Assembly: GCA_023255165.1 (NCBI GenBank)
Contig: JALRJD010000154.1
Span: 1 to 38,846, forward strand
Source of the DNA: Porticoccaceae bacterium
GTDB taxonomy: Bacteria; Pseudomonadota; Gammaproteobacteria; Pseudomonadales; Porticoccaceae
Reading direction: 5' to 3'
DNA length: 38,846 bases
Shown: in pieces, positions 1 to 8,504 of the stretch
Position numbering within the stretch: the stretch's first letter is position 1
Layout of the letters: each line of letters starts with the position of its first letter
Made by a program: the position numbers and the translations under genes
The notes under the pieces: model-generated
What the model saw: the letters and a program-made list of their open reading frames with translations, nothing else
The model's database searches: none
Told to the model about the DNA's origin: nothing

Positions 1-80
1 TTTTTTATTGCCAGATAGTGATAGGTGTGGAGCTGATTCGCAATCGCAATATCTGGCCAGACGACATTAAATACAAATTC

Positions 81-128
81 TGTTATGGTATAGGTTCTTA
101 AAGAACCTCAGAGAATCTCGGAGAACCT
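81..128 (+). promoter_or_regulatory. Putative TA promoter/operator: extended -10 plus palindrome
   Basis: TGnTATGGT at 81-89. Perfect inverted repeat AGGTTCTT-A-AAGAACCT at 92-108. An extra AGAACCT half-site at 122-128 overlaps the GGAG RBS (120-123). Confidence 0.5.
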
Positions 129-129
129 T

Positions 130-378
130 ATGCCATTAAAAGCAACTTCCGTCAGATTGGACGATGAGACTTTAAAGCGGGTTCGCCAAATTGCAGAAGC
201 AATGGACAGGCCTCGTGCTTGGTTGATGGGGCAAGCTATCAAGCAATACGTGGCTCGCGAAGAACGGCTTATCGCTGAAATTGAAAAGGGCGTGCGAGCT
301 GCCGATGAAAATCGTCTGGTAGACCACGCAGAAATAGAAGGTAAGTGGGAGACCAGGCGTGCAGCTCAAGTGGACTGA
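130..378 (+). CDS. CopG/ribbon-helix-helix antitoxin
   Basis: 82 aa with the RHH pattern TSVRLDDETLKRVRQIAEAMDRPRAWLMGQAIKQYV and a charged C-terminus. Overlaps the downstream toxin gene. Confidence 0.85.
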   Translation: MPLKATSVRLDDETLKRVRQIAEAMDRPRAWLMGQAIKQYVAREERLIAEIEKGVRAADENRLVDHAEIEGKWETRRAAQVD

Positions 379-655
379 TCTGGCCGCTGCTGATCTCGAT
401 CATATTGAAGAATTTATTAGTGCAGCGAACAGCCCCGTTATTGCAATTGATGCAGTGCTTCGCATTATTGATACCGTCGCCTTGGTGCTTATCGATCATC
501 CTGAAGCTGGGCGTTTGGGTCGAGTAAAAGGTACCCGGGAGCTTGTGATAGACGACTTGCCATTCGTGGTAGTGTATCGGCAAGTGAACCTTTTAAGCCA
601 AGTTCAAATCCTGCGGGTCTTACATGAAGCACAACAGTGGCCAACTGAAACCTGA
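359..655 (+). CDS. Type II toxin, RelE/ParE family
   Basis: 98 aa: LKWTDLAAADLDHIEEFI...HPEAGRLGRVKGTRELVI...VVYR...QILRVLH, the typical ParE-like pattern. GTG start overlaps the antitoxin by 20 nt. Confidence 0.88.
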   Translation: MQLKWTDLAAADLDHIEEFISAANSPVIAIDAVLRIIDTVALVLIDHPEAGRLGRVKGTRELVIDDLPFVVVYRQVNLLSQVQILRVLHEAQQWPTET

Positions 656-700
656 ATGCGGCTAATTACATAAAGTTCACTACTCGCGCCAAAACGGTGG

Positions 701-1357
701 TCAATCACGCAGCGATATAATCGGCCAGTTTTTCTCTTCCGCTATTTGTTGCAGCGCCGGACAAGGATCGACGGCCACCGGGTGATCAACTTCCAACAGC
801 AGTGGCAGATCATTGATCGAGTCGCTGTAAAACCAGCTTCCATCCAAGGTTTCATCCTGTTCCTGCAGCCAGCTGTTGAGCCGCGTGACTTTGCCCTCTT
901 TATAGGTGGGCGTTCCCACCACTTTGCCGCTGTAACGGCCATTGACAATTTCCGCATCGGTGGCCAGCAGCTCGCTGACGCCGAGGCTTTGGCAGATCGG
1001 TTCGACAATAAAGCGGTTGGTTGAGGTAATAATCAGCAGTCTGTCGCCGGCATCGCGGTGCTGTTGCAGCAGTGCCCGGGCTTTTGGCAGCTGCATCGGT
1101 TCGATAACCTGGCGCATAAACTGCTGGTGCAGTTGCGCCAGTTCGTCCATCGACATGCTGGTCAATGGTTGCAGAGAAAATTCCAGATAGGCAAAAATAT
1201 TCAGATCGCCGGCGACATAATCAGCGTAGAATTGATCGTTGGCCTGCTGAAACCGCTGCGCATCCACAAGCTGCTCGGTGACCAGAAACTCGCCCCAGCC
1301 GTGGTCGCTGTCACCGGCGATCAAGGTGTTGTCGAGGTCGAAAATAGCCAGTGCCAT
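701..1357 (-). CDS. HAD-IB family phosphatase (SerB-like; possibly histidinol-phosphatase)
   Basis: HAD motif I FDLDNTL, motif II ITST, motif IV YSDSINDLPLL. Divergent from rppH, as in Pseudomonas-type gene order. Substrate is inferred. Confidence 0.85.
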   Translation of the reverse strand: MALAIFDLDNTLIAGDSDHGWGEFLVTEQLVDAQRFQQANDQFYADYVAGDLNIFAYLEFSLQPLTSMSMDELAQLHQQFMRQVIEPMQLPKARALLQQHRDAGDRLLIITSTNRFIVEPICQSLGVSELLATDAEIVNGRYSGKVVGTPTYKEGKVTRLNSWLQEQDETLDGSWFYSDSINDLPLLLEVDHPVAVDPCPALQQIAEEKNWPIISLRD

Positions 1358-1493
1358 GCGTTGAAGTCCAATCGGGTTGCCGGGCCGAGAGGATAACCAT
1401 AGGGCTCTGTGGTCTCAAGAGAAAATTGCCCGGGCAGGCAGACTGTGGAACAATGGTTCGGCTTCGGTGCTTGCATAAAAGGGTGTATTTGAA

Positions 1494-1997
1494 TTGGTTG
1501 ATAAGGATGGTTTTCGCTCCAATGTCGCGATTGTTATAGGCGATGGTCACGGACGTTTGTTTTGGGCAAAGCGCGTTGGTCAGCAGGCGTGGCAGTTTCC
1601 CCAAGGCGGTATTGACCGAGGTGAAAGTGTAGAGGATGCACTTTATCGCGAGCTCTACGAAGAAGTTGGCCTTAGAGCTGACGATGTGAAAATTCTACAA
1701 CGCTCCAAGCGCTGGCTGCGCTACCACATTCCTGAGCAGATGCAGCGCAAGCACTCCAAGCCTCTCTGTATTGGGCAAAAGCAGCGCTGGTTTTATCTGC
1801 AAATGACCTGTGACCCGGAGCAGGTTCGCTTCGATACCAGCGGCACCCCCGAATTTGATGACTGGCAGTGGGTAAACTACTGGTATCCGGTCAATTCTGT
1901 TATCTCATTCAAGCGCAATATTTATCGCAACGCATTGCAGGAATTCTCCTCAGCCAATGCGCGCCTGCAACATTCACAGCCAGCCCAGGATAGATAA
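1494..1997 (+). CDS. rppH: RNA pyrophosphohydrolase
   Basis: DGFRSNV N-terminus, Nudix box WQFPQGGID.GES.EDALYRELYEEVGL, CIGQKQRWF, PEFDDWQWVNYWYP. Directly upstream of ptsP. TTG start. Confidence 0.95.
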   Translation: MVDKDGFRSNVAIVIGDGHGRLFWAKRVGQQAWQFPQGGIDRGESVEDALYRELYEEVGLRADDVKILQRSKRWLRYHIPEQMQRKHSKPLCIGQKQRWFYLQMTCDPEQVRFDTSGTPEFDDWQWVNYWYPVNSVISFKRNIYRNALQEFSSANARLQHSQPAQDR

Positions 1998-1999
1998 TT

Positions 2000-4285
2000 A
2001 TGCTGGCGTCGCTGCGCAATATCGTTCAGGAAGTTAACAGCGCTCGCAATCTCGGCGAGGTGCTGAGAATTATTGTCAAGGAAGTGCGCGAGGCAATGCA
2101 GGCCGGTGTCTGCTCTGTTTATCTGTTTGACCAGACGGATCAGCGCTATGTGCTGATGGCCACCGAAGGCCTGCGCCAGGAATCCATCGGCAAGGTGCGG
2201 CTGGCGATGCGTGAGGGTCTGGTGGGTCTGGTCGCCGCCCGCGAGGAGCCGCTTAACCTTGAGGATGCTGATAAGCACCCCAACTTTGCTTACTTTGAAG
2301 AGACTGGCGAGAGCCCCTATCACTCGTTCCTGGGTGTGCCCATTATCCATCACCGCAAGGTGCTCGGCGTTCTGGTGTTGCAGCAAGAAACGCGGCGGCG
2401 TTTCGAGGGTGAAGAAGAGGCCTTTGTGGTCACTGTCTGCGCCCAGTTGTCCGGCGCCATCGCTCATGCGGAAGCCACTGGCGCTCTGCGGAAGCTGGCT
2501 TCGGCGGGGCGCGGTAAAAGTCGCGAAACCGTTTTTCGTGGCATTCCCAGTTCGCCCGGCGTCGGTATCGGGCGGGTGGTTATGGTTTCGTCGAGTGTTG
2601 ATCTCAGTTCGGTTCCGGAGCGTTTTTCCACAGATACAGCCGGTGAAATAGAAATTTTCCGCACCGCGCTGGAATCCGCCAAGCGCGATATGCGCAATCT
2701 CGGTGAGGGGCTTGAGGGCAAACTCAGCTCGGAAGAGATCGCGCTGTTTGATATTTATATCCGCATGCTCGATGACCACTCTCTGGGTGGCGAGGTAATT
2801 GCCGCAATTGTCGATGGTCAGGCGGCACAGAGCGCCTGGAGTTCGGTGATCCTGAAGCACGTGCGCACCTTCCGCAAAATGGACGACCCCTATCTGCGCG
2901 AGCGCGCGGCGGACGTCAACGACCTGGGTCGCCGTGTGCTCGGCTATCTGCAGCGCGATGAAAGAAGCACTCAACCATTACCGCGACGTATTGTACTGGT
3001 TGGCGAAGATCTCTCCGCCTCGGCGCTGGCGGATATCCCGATCAACCGGCTGGTGGGCATTGTCTCGATTAAGGGTTCCAGTAACTCGCATATGGCGATT
3101 GTCGGTCGCGCCCTCGGCGTGCCCACAATTATGGGTGCGGTGGATCTGCCCTGGGCCGAACTGGAAGGCCATGAATTAATTATCGACGGCTTTAGCGGCG
3201 ATGTTATCAGCCGTGCCAGTCGTAACACCCGGCGCGCCTATCTGCAGCGCCAGCGCGAAGAGAAACAGCTGAGCAAAGATCTTGAAAAGCTGCGTGATAT
3301 TCCCTGCGTTACACCGGATGGTCTGCCGCTGGCGCTGTGGATCAATACCGGCTTGCGTCAGGATATTGCCCTGCGACTCAAATCCAGCGCCGAAGGGGTC
3401 GGGCTCTATCGCACCGAGATTCCCTTTTTGATGCGCTCCAGCTTTCCCACCGAAGACGAGCAGACTGAAATCTACCGTGAACAGTTACAGGCCTTTGCCC
3501 CCAATCCGGTGACTATGCGAACGCTGGATATCGGCGGCGACAAGGATCTGCCCTACTTTCCGATAGATGAAGAAAACCCCTTTCTCGGCTGGCGTGGCAT
3601 TCGTATCTCTCTCGATCATCCGGAAATTTTTCTCGCCCAGATTCGCGCTATGTTGCGCGCCAGTGAAGGGCTCAACAACCTGCGTATTATGCTGCCGATG
3701 ATTAGCAGCGTACCCGAGCTTGATCGCGCGCTGGAGTTGATCGACAGAGCTTATCGCGAGCTAAAGCAGGAGGAGGGTTACAAACTTCAGAAACCGTCTG
3801 TGGGTGCGATGATTGAAGTGCCTGCAGCGGTCTACCAGGTTAAGGAACTGGGGCGCCGGGTAGACTTTCTCTCGGTTGGCACCAATGATCTGACTCAGTA
3901 TTTGCTCGCCGTGGATCGCAATAATCCGCGCGTTGCCAATCTCTACCACGCCCTGCATCCGGCGGTTTTGCGGGCGCTGAAAGCGATTCATGATCAGGCG
4001 GAAGCGGTCAATTGCCAGATCAGTGTCTGTGGTGAAATGGCCGGTGACCCGCTCAGTGCGGTGATGCTGCTGGGTCTTGGCTATGATCATCTGTCCATGA
4101 GCGCCAACAGCTTGCTGAAAGTGAAGTCGATGCTCAATCAGGTGTCCAAAGTCGAGGCGCGCAATTTGGCCAAGCGGGCGCTGCGCATGTCCGATGCCAG
4201 CTCGGTATCACTGTTGCTCTCCGATGCCCTCAACCGCCCCGAACTGTCGAAGCTCTACCGCCCGGTGGAATTTACCGCGCCTTAG
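2000..4285 (+). CDS. ptsP: PEP-protein phosphotransferase, enzyme I-Ntr
   Basis: 761 aa with an N-terminal GAF domain, phospho-His motif GSSNSHMAIV, and GVGLYRTE, RTLDIGGDK, ENPFLGWRGIR, SVGTNDLTQY, CGEMAGDP. Confidence 0.96.
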   Translation: MLASLRNIVQEVNSARNLGEVLRIIVKEVREAMQAGVCSVYLFDQTDQRYVLMATEGLRQESIGKVRLAMREGLVGLVAAREEPLNLEDADKHPNFAYFEETGESPYHSFLGVPIIHHRKVLGVLVLQQETRRRFEGEEEAFVVTVCAQLSGAIAHAEATGALRKLASAGRGKSRETVFRGIPSSPGVGIGRVVMVSSSVDLSSVPERFSTDTAGEIEIFRTALESAKRDMRNLGEGLEGKLSSEEIALFDIYIRMLDDHSLGGEVIAAIVDGQAAQSAWSSVILKHVRTFRKMDDPYLRERAADVNDLGRRVLGYLQRDERSTQPLPRRIVLVGEDLSASALADIPINRLVGIVSIKGSSNSHMAIVGRALGVPTIMGAVDLPWAELEGHELIIDGFSGDVISRASRNTRRAYLQRQREEKQLSKDLEKLRDIPCVTPDGLPLALWINTGLRQDIALRLKSSAEGVGLYRTEIPFLMRSSFPTEDEQTEIYREQLQAFAPNPVTMRTLDIGGDKDLPYFPIDEENPFLGWRGIRISLDHPEIFLAQIRAMLRASEGLNNLRIMLPMISSVPELDRALELIDRAYRELKQEEGYKLQKPSVGAMIEVPAAVYQVKELGRRVDFLSVGTNDLTQYLLAVDRNNPRVANLYHALHPAVLRALKAIHDQAEAVNCQISVCGEMAGDPLSAVMLLGLGYDHLSMSANSLLKVKSMLNQVSKVEARNLAKRALRMSDASSVSLLLSDALNRPELSKLYRPVEFTAP

Positions 4286-4286
4286 G

Positions 4287-5102
4287 TCATGACGCCGCCG
4301 GCTGCGCAGAAAAACTAAATCGCTTTTCCGCCTCGGCAATACCTTCTATATAAGTCTGTTCCGCCACATATGTTGCGCCGCTGGCCGATACAACCACCGC
4401 CGTTGAGGCGCGGGTGCCGTAATCGTCGGCAACAATAAAAGGTGACGAAAGTAGCTTCTCCCAATCCGCCGGCACGCCGGTATCGGGTAGCAGGTGATCT
4501 TCATAGGTTTTCTGTCGCGACAGCAACCCGAGCAGCTCGGTCAGCAGTTGCTCGTCGCTGCGATCGTGATCGCCATGATTGAGCACATCGACCAACTCCT
4601 GGCGTGCGTAATCGACCTTTGGCCAGGGGCTGTCGAGCAGATGATTGCTGAGGGCATAGATTCCCGGCGGCAGGCTGCGCAGTTGATGGTTGTAGTTGTT
4701 TAGATAGAGCAGCTCAGTGCCGTCGTAAAACAGCAGATTAAAGCCACCATACAGATCCAGATCTGGCCTTACCGATGCGGCCCAATCTTGCGCCGACAGA
4801 TCCGAGCAGAGAAAGTTGGTGACCAGATTGCCGCGCGACAAAGGCCTCTTGTCGCGAAACCCCGGATGTGACAGCTCACGAAAATTGGTTACCGCGGCAA
4901 AGCGGCCGTCGCGTGAAAGCCCCAGCCAGGTGCCGCCCGCTTCCTGATCCCTGCCGGCGAGCACCGGCATATCCTGCCACCAGTGTAGCGGCAGGGTTGG
5001 GCGCTGATAGAACTCGTCGCGATTTGAACACACTACCAATGATGCATCAGTTCGCAAAGGAGTATCAGATCGGTAATTGAAGGCGACGGCAAGTAAGCAC
5101 AT
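4287..5102 (-). CDS. NRDE (TANGO2/DUF833) family protein
   Basis: MCL start, NRDEFYQRPT, GRD..AGGTWLG, SRGNLV, LSNHLLDSPWPKV, YGTRAST. Confidence 0.92.
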   Translation of the reverse strand: MCLLAVAFNYRSDTPLRTDASLVVCSNRDEFYQRPTLPLHWWQDMPVLAGRDQEAGGTWLGLSRDGRFAAVTNFRELSHPGFRDKRPLSRGNLVTNFLCSDLSAQDWAASVRPDLDLYGGFNLLFYDGTELLYLNNYNHQLRSLPPGIYALSNHLLDSPWPKVDYARQELVDVLNHGDHDRSDEQLLTELLGLLSRQKTYEDHLLPDTGVPADWEKLLSSPFIVADDYGTRASTAVVVSASGATYVAEQTYIEGIAEAEKRFSFSAQPAAS

Positions 5103-5223
5103 GGCGGCCAGTTTAGCCGTTTAAAAAGGAATTGGTTAGCCCTCCGTGTAGCGGCTGGATAGATAAAAAGTTATCATCGCCGCACTATAAATTGCTGGCA
5201 CTATTTACCTTCTGGAAAGACAG

Positions 5224-6066
5224 ATGCTGAATTATCCACAGATCGACCCGGTTGCGCTGTCGCTTGGTCCCTTCGAATTTGCCGACCGGGTTATTGGACC
5301 GCTGCAGATTCACTGGTACGGCATTATGTACCTGCTGGCATTTGCCTGCGCCTGGATGCTGGCGATGCGCAACAGTCAGCGCCCCTGGTCGCCAGTGGCT
5401 AAAACCCAGGTGGAAGATCTGATTGTCTACGGCGCCTGGGGCGTTATTCTCGGTGGCCGCTTTGGTTATATGCTGTTTTACAGTGCCGACAAATGGCTCG
5501 ACGATCCCGGCATGATTATCCGTATCTGGGAGGGGGGCATGTCCTTCCATGGTGGGTTGATCGGTGTTGTGCTGGCGCTGATGCTCTATGGCCGCAAACA
5601 CAAAATTGGCTTTCTCAGCCTGGCGGACTTTGTTGCGCCACTGGTGCCAACCGGGCTGTTTTTTGGCCGGCTGGGCAACTTTATCGGCCAGGAACTCTGG
5701 GGCCGCCCCAGCGACGTGCCCTGGGCAATGTTATTTCCCGCCGACCCGCAGCAGCTGACTCGCCATCCATCCCAGCTGTATGAAGCGCTGCTTGAAGGCG
5801 CGCTGCTGTTTCTGATTATCAACTGGTACGCCAGAAAGCCTCGGCTGTTTGGCCAGATTTCCGGACTGTTTCTGATTCTCTACGGCGTTTTTCGCTTTGC
5901 CGTGGAATTTGTGCGCCAGCCCGACCCGCAGTTTGCCAATCAGTCGCCGCTGTTTGAGTGGCTCGGCTGGATGACCCGCGGTCAGGCTCTGTGCATTCCA
6001 ATGATTCTGCTCGGCCTCTGGTTTATGCGCGCTTCGCTGCGTCAGCTGGCAAGCCGCAACGCCTGA
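5224..6066 (+). CDS. lgt: Prolipoprotein diacylglyceryl transferase
   Basis: IHWYGIMY, GGRFGY, WEGGMSFHGG, GRLGNFIGQELWGR, RHPSQLYE, RFAVEFVRQPD. Confidence 0.96.
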   Translation: MLNYPQIDPVALSLGPFEFADRVIGPLQIHWYGIMYLLAFACAWMLAMRNSQRPWSPVAKTQVEDLIVYGAWGVILGGRFGYMLFYSADKWLDDPGMIIRIWEGGMSFHGGLIGVVLALMLYGRKHKIGFLSLADFVAPLVPTGLFFGRLGNFIGQELWGRPSDVPWAMLFPADPQQLTRHPSQLYEALLEGALLFLIINWYARKPRLFGQISGLFLILYGVFRFAVEFVRQPDPQFANQSPLFEWLGWMTRGQALCIPMILLGLWFMRASLRQLASRNA

Positions 6067-6089
6067 CACGACTAAAAGGTTTTTAATCG

Positions 6090-6995
6090 ATGAAGCAATA
6101 CCTGGATCTGGTCAGACATATTCGTGATCATGGCGTGAAAAAGCAGGATCGTACCGGCACCGGCACCCAAAGTATTTTCGGGCACCAGATGCGCTTTGAT
6201 CTGAGTCAGGGTTTTCCGTTGGTGACCACCAAAAAAGTCCACCTGAAATCAATCCTTCACGAGCTGCTGTGGTTTATTCGCGGCGACACCAATATTCGCT
6301 ATCTGGTTGAAAACGATGTTGGCATCTGGAATGACTGGCCCTATCAGAGCTGGCTGCGACAGACCGGCCAGGAAGATGACTTTCCGATGTACTCGCCGGA
6401 GTGGAAGGCGAAGATGAAGGAGTTTGTGCAACAGATTAAAGACAGCGACGAGTTTGCCCAACGCTACGGTGATCTCGGACCGGTGTACGGTCACCAGTGG
6501 CGCAACTTCGAGGGTGTCGACCAGCTTGCGCAGGTGGTCGCCGATATAAAATCGAACCCCGATTCGCGACGGCTGATTGTCTCAGCGTGGAACCCGAAAG
6601 ATATTCCGGTGATGGTTAAATCCGGCCTGCCACCCTGTCACAGCCTGTTCCAGTTTTATGTCACCGAGGGTCGGCTCTCCTGTCAGCTCTATCAGCGCAG
6701 TGCCGATGTATTTTTGGGGGTGCCATTTAATATCGCCTCCTACGCTATCCTCACTTTAATGATTGCCCAGGTAACCGGTCTGCAGCCCGGCGACTTTGTG
6801 CATACCTTCGGCGACGCCCATCTGTACAGCAATCACATGGATCAGGTTGAAGAGCAACTTGCCAGAGAGCCCTATCCACTACCGACGCTCGCTATTAATC
6901 CCAATGTCGACGATCTATTTGACTTTGTCTACGACGACTTTGAGTTGCTTGAATATCAGTGCCACGGGCCGATCTCCGCGCCCGTCGCGGTTTAG
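6090..6995 (+). CDS. thyA: Thymidylate synthase (long form with internal insertion)
   Basis: [35 protein letters not shown], catalytic [24 protein letters not shown]. Confidence 0.97.
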   Translation: MKQYLDLVRHIRDHGVKKQDRTGTGTQSIFGHQMRFDLSQGFPLVTTKKVHLKSILHELLWFIRGDTNIRYLVENDVGIWNDWPYQSWLRQTGQEDDFPMYSPEWKAKMKEFVQQIKDSDEFAQRYGDLGPVYGHQWRNFEGVDQLAQVVADIKSNPDSRRLIVSAWNPKDIPVMVKSGLPPCHSLFQFYVTEGRLSCQLYQRSADVFLGVPFNIASYAILTLMIAQVTGLQPGDFVHTFGDAHLYSNHMDQVEEQLAREPYPLPTLAINPNVDDLFDFVYDDFELLEYQCHGPISAPVAV

Positions 6996-7014
6996 TGTAC
7001 CCGGAGGTCATGCC

Positions 7015-7518
7015 TTGAAAATCTCGTTAATTGTCGCCGTCAGCCGTAACGGCGTTATTGGCCTCAATAATCAGCTGCCTTGGCACCTGCCTGAAGATCT
7101 GAAATATTTTAAGTCGGTCACCATGGGCAAGCCGCTGATTATGGGGCGCAAGACCTTCGAGTCGATCGGCCGCCCGCTGCCCGGACGGACCAATATTGTG
7201 ATCACCAGAGACAGCAGCTGGAGCGCCGAGGGTGTGGAGGTGGCGCGGACCCTGCAGCAGGCGATGACACTCGGGCGACTGGCCTGTGCCCGAGCCGACG
7301 TGGATGAGATTATGGTGATCGGCGGCGAGCAGATTTACCGCCTGACCCTGCCCGGCGCCGACCGTCTTTACTTCACCGAAGTGCAGGCCGATGTCGAAGG
7401 CGATGCATTCTTTCCCGCGATCGACCCCGATCAGTGGCAGCAGGTCAGCGAGCAATTGCCTGAGCAGACTGACACCCATCCCTACCGATTTCTGGTGTTG
7501 GATCGAAAGCCTGCCTAA
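7015..7518 (+). CDS. folA: Dihydrofolate reductase
   Basis: ISLIVAV..NGVIG..NQLPWHLPEDLKYFK, IMGRKTFESIGRPLPGR, VIGGEQIY, EGDAFFP. Start reassigned to TTG at 7015 (GGAGG at 7003-7007); the longer track ORF overlaps thyA. Confidence 0.95.
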   Translation: MKISLIVAVSRNGVIGLNNQLPWHLPEDLKYFKSVTMGKPLIMGRKTFESIGRPLPGRTNIVITRDSSWSAEGVEVARTLQQAMTLGRLACARADVDEIMVIGGEQIYRLTLPGADRLYFTEVQADVEGDAFFPAIDPDQWQQVSEQLPEQTDTHPYRFLVLDRKPA

Positions 7519-7559
7519 ATGTCGGGGTTTTGTTACGTTAGGTAACATAACTTCGGCAT
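7519..7559 (+). other. Long stem-loop after folA (terminator-like or operator palindrome)
   Basis: ATGTCGGGGTT-T-TGTTAC-gttag-GTAACA-T-AACTTCGGCAT: 17 pairs including 3 G-U, plus one T-T mismatch. Confidence 0.55.
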
Positions 7560-7721
7560 CTCTCTTGAACGGCTGGCAATTTCAGATGTGCCGTTGATTC
7601 TTGCAGATCACCCTGTTACAAAGACAGCCCAAGAAAATTTGTCAGTCGCTGGAAAGACGGTTTTTCCTTCAGCTGGCATCATTAAAGATCACCAATCCGA
7701 TAGACCCAAGTTGAGGGAACT

Positions 7722-8504
7722 ATGAAAAAGCAACCACTAAAAGCACTGGCATTTATTGCCGTACTTGCCGGTGGCTTAGCTGCTATTGCAGTTCAGGCTA
7801 CCGAGGTAAGTGATGTGCTAACAGCCGGCGCCAGCAAGGTTCAGGCGGCAAAAAAAGCACAGACAACAGTTGATCGCATCGCCGATCAGACCGATGGCCT
7901 GCTGCAGGAGTTCAAGCAGGTAAACAAGCAGATCGAAAGCCTGCGTGTTTACAATTCACAGCTCGAGCGCCAGATCGCCAGCCAGAAGCAAATGATGGCA
8001 GAACTAAACGAGTCGATTGAGAACGCTACTGTTATTGAGCGAGGCATCTCGCCACTGATGGAAGATATGCTCAAAGGTCTTCGCGAATTTGTTGCTCTGG
8101 ATGTTCCATTCAAGAAAGAGCAGCGTGAAGAAGCAATTGCCGAGCTGTTCGATAACCTCGACAGCGCCAAGTTCTCCGCGGCAGAAAAATTCCGTCAGAT
8201 CCTCGAAATCTACGATATCGAATCTGAGTACAGCCGTTCACTGGAAACCTATCGTGATCTCGTTGATATCAACGGCGATGGCGAAGAAGTAGAAGTGGAT
8301 ATGCTGCGTATCGGTCGTGTTGCCCTGATGTATCAAACAAAAGATAAATCACAGACAGGTGCCTGGAACAAGGCAACTGGCTCTTGGGAAACACTGGATT
8401 CCGAATATCGTCGCCCTGTAGACCAGGGTATCCGCATCGCCAAGAAACTGGCGCCGCAGGATGTCATGGAAATGCCAATTAACGCTCCGGAGACAGCACA
8501 ATGA
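7722..8504 (+). CDS. DUF3450 family periplasmic coiled-coil protein (TtpB-like)
   Basis: Signal peptide ending AVQA, coiled coil, FVALDVPF..EQR, AEKFRQILE.Y..E..Y, LRIGRVALMYQT. First gene of a TonB2-type operon. Confidence 0.88.
   Translation: MKKQPLKALAFIAVLAGGLAAIAVQATEVSDVLTAGASKVQAAKKAQTTVDRIADQTDGLLQEFKQVNKQIESLRVYNSQLERQIASQKQMMAELNESIENATVIERGISPLMEDMLKGLREFVALDVPFKKEQREEAIAELFDNLDSAKFSAAEKFRQILEIYDIESEYSRSLETYRDLVDINGDGEEVEVDMLRIGRVALMYQTKDKSQTGAWNKATGSWETLDSEYRRPVDQGIRIAKKLAPQDVMEMPINAPETAQ

Noticed and set aside
10-57. Inverted repeat GCCAGATA/TATCTGGC; possible integron attC beside the TA module
   Set aside because: No RYYYAAC/GTTRRRY ends here or after the toxin. The context is cut off by the window edge, so it cannot be interpreted.
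359-655. Link between the ParE toxin and parE/parC in the same window
   Set aside because: Shared name only. The genes are 33 kb apart with no evidence of association.
1922-2974. 350-aa antisense ORF over ptsP (likewise 36128-37000 over parC and others)
   Set aside because: Antisense shadow ORFs typical of GC-rich coding DNA.
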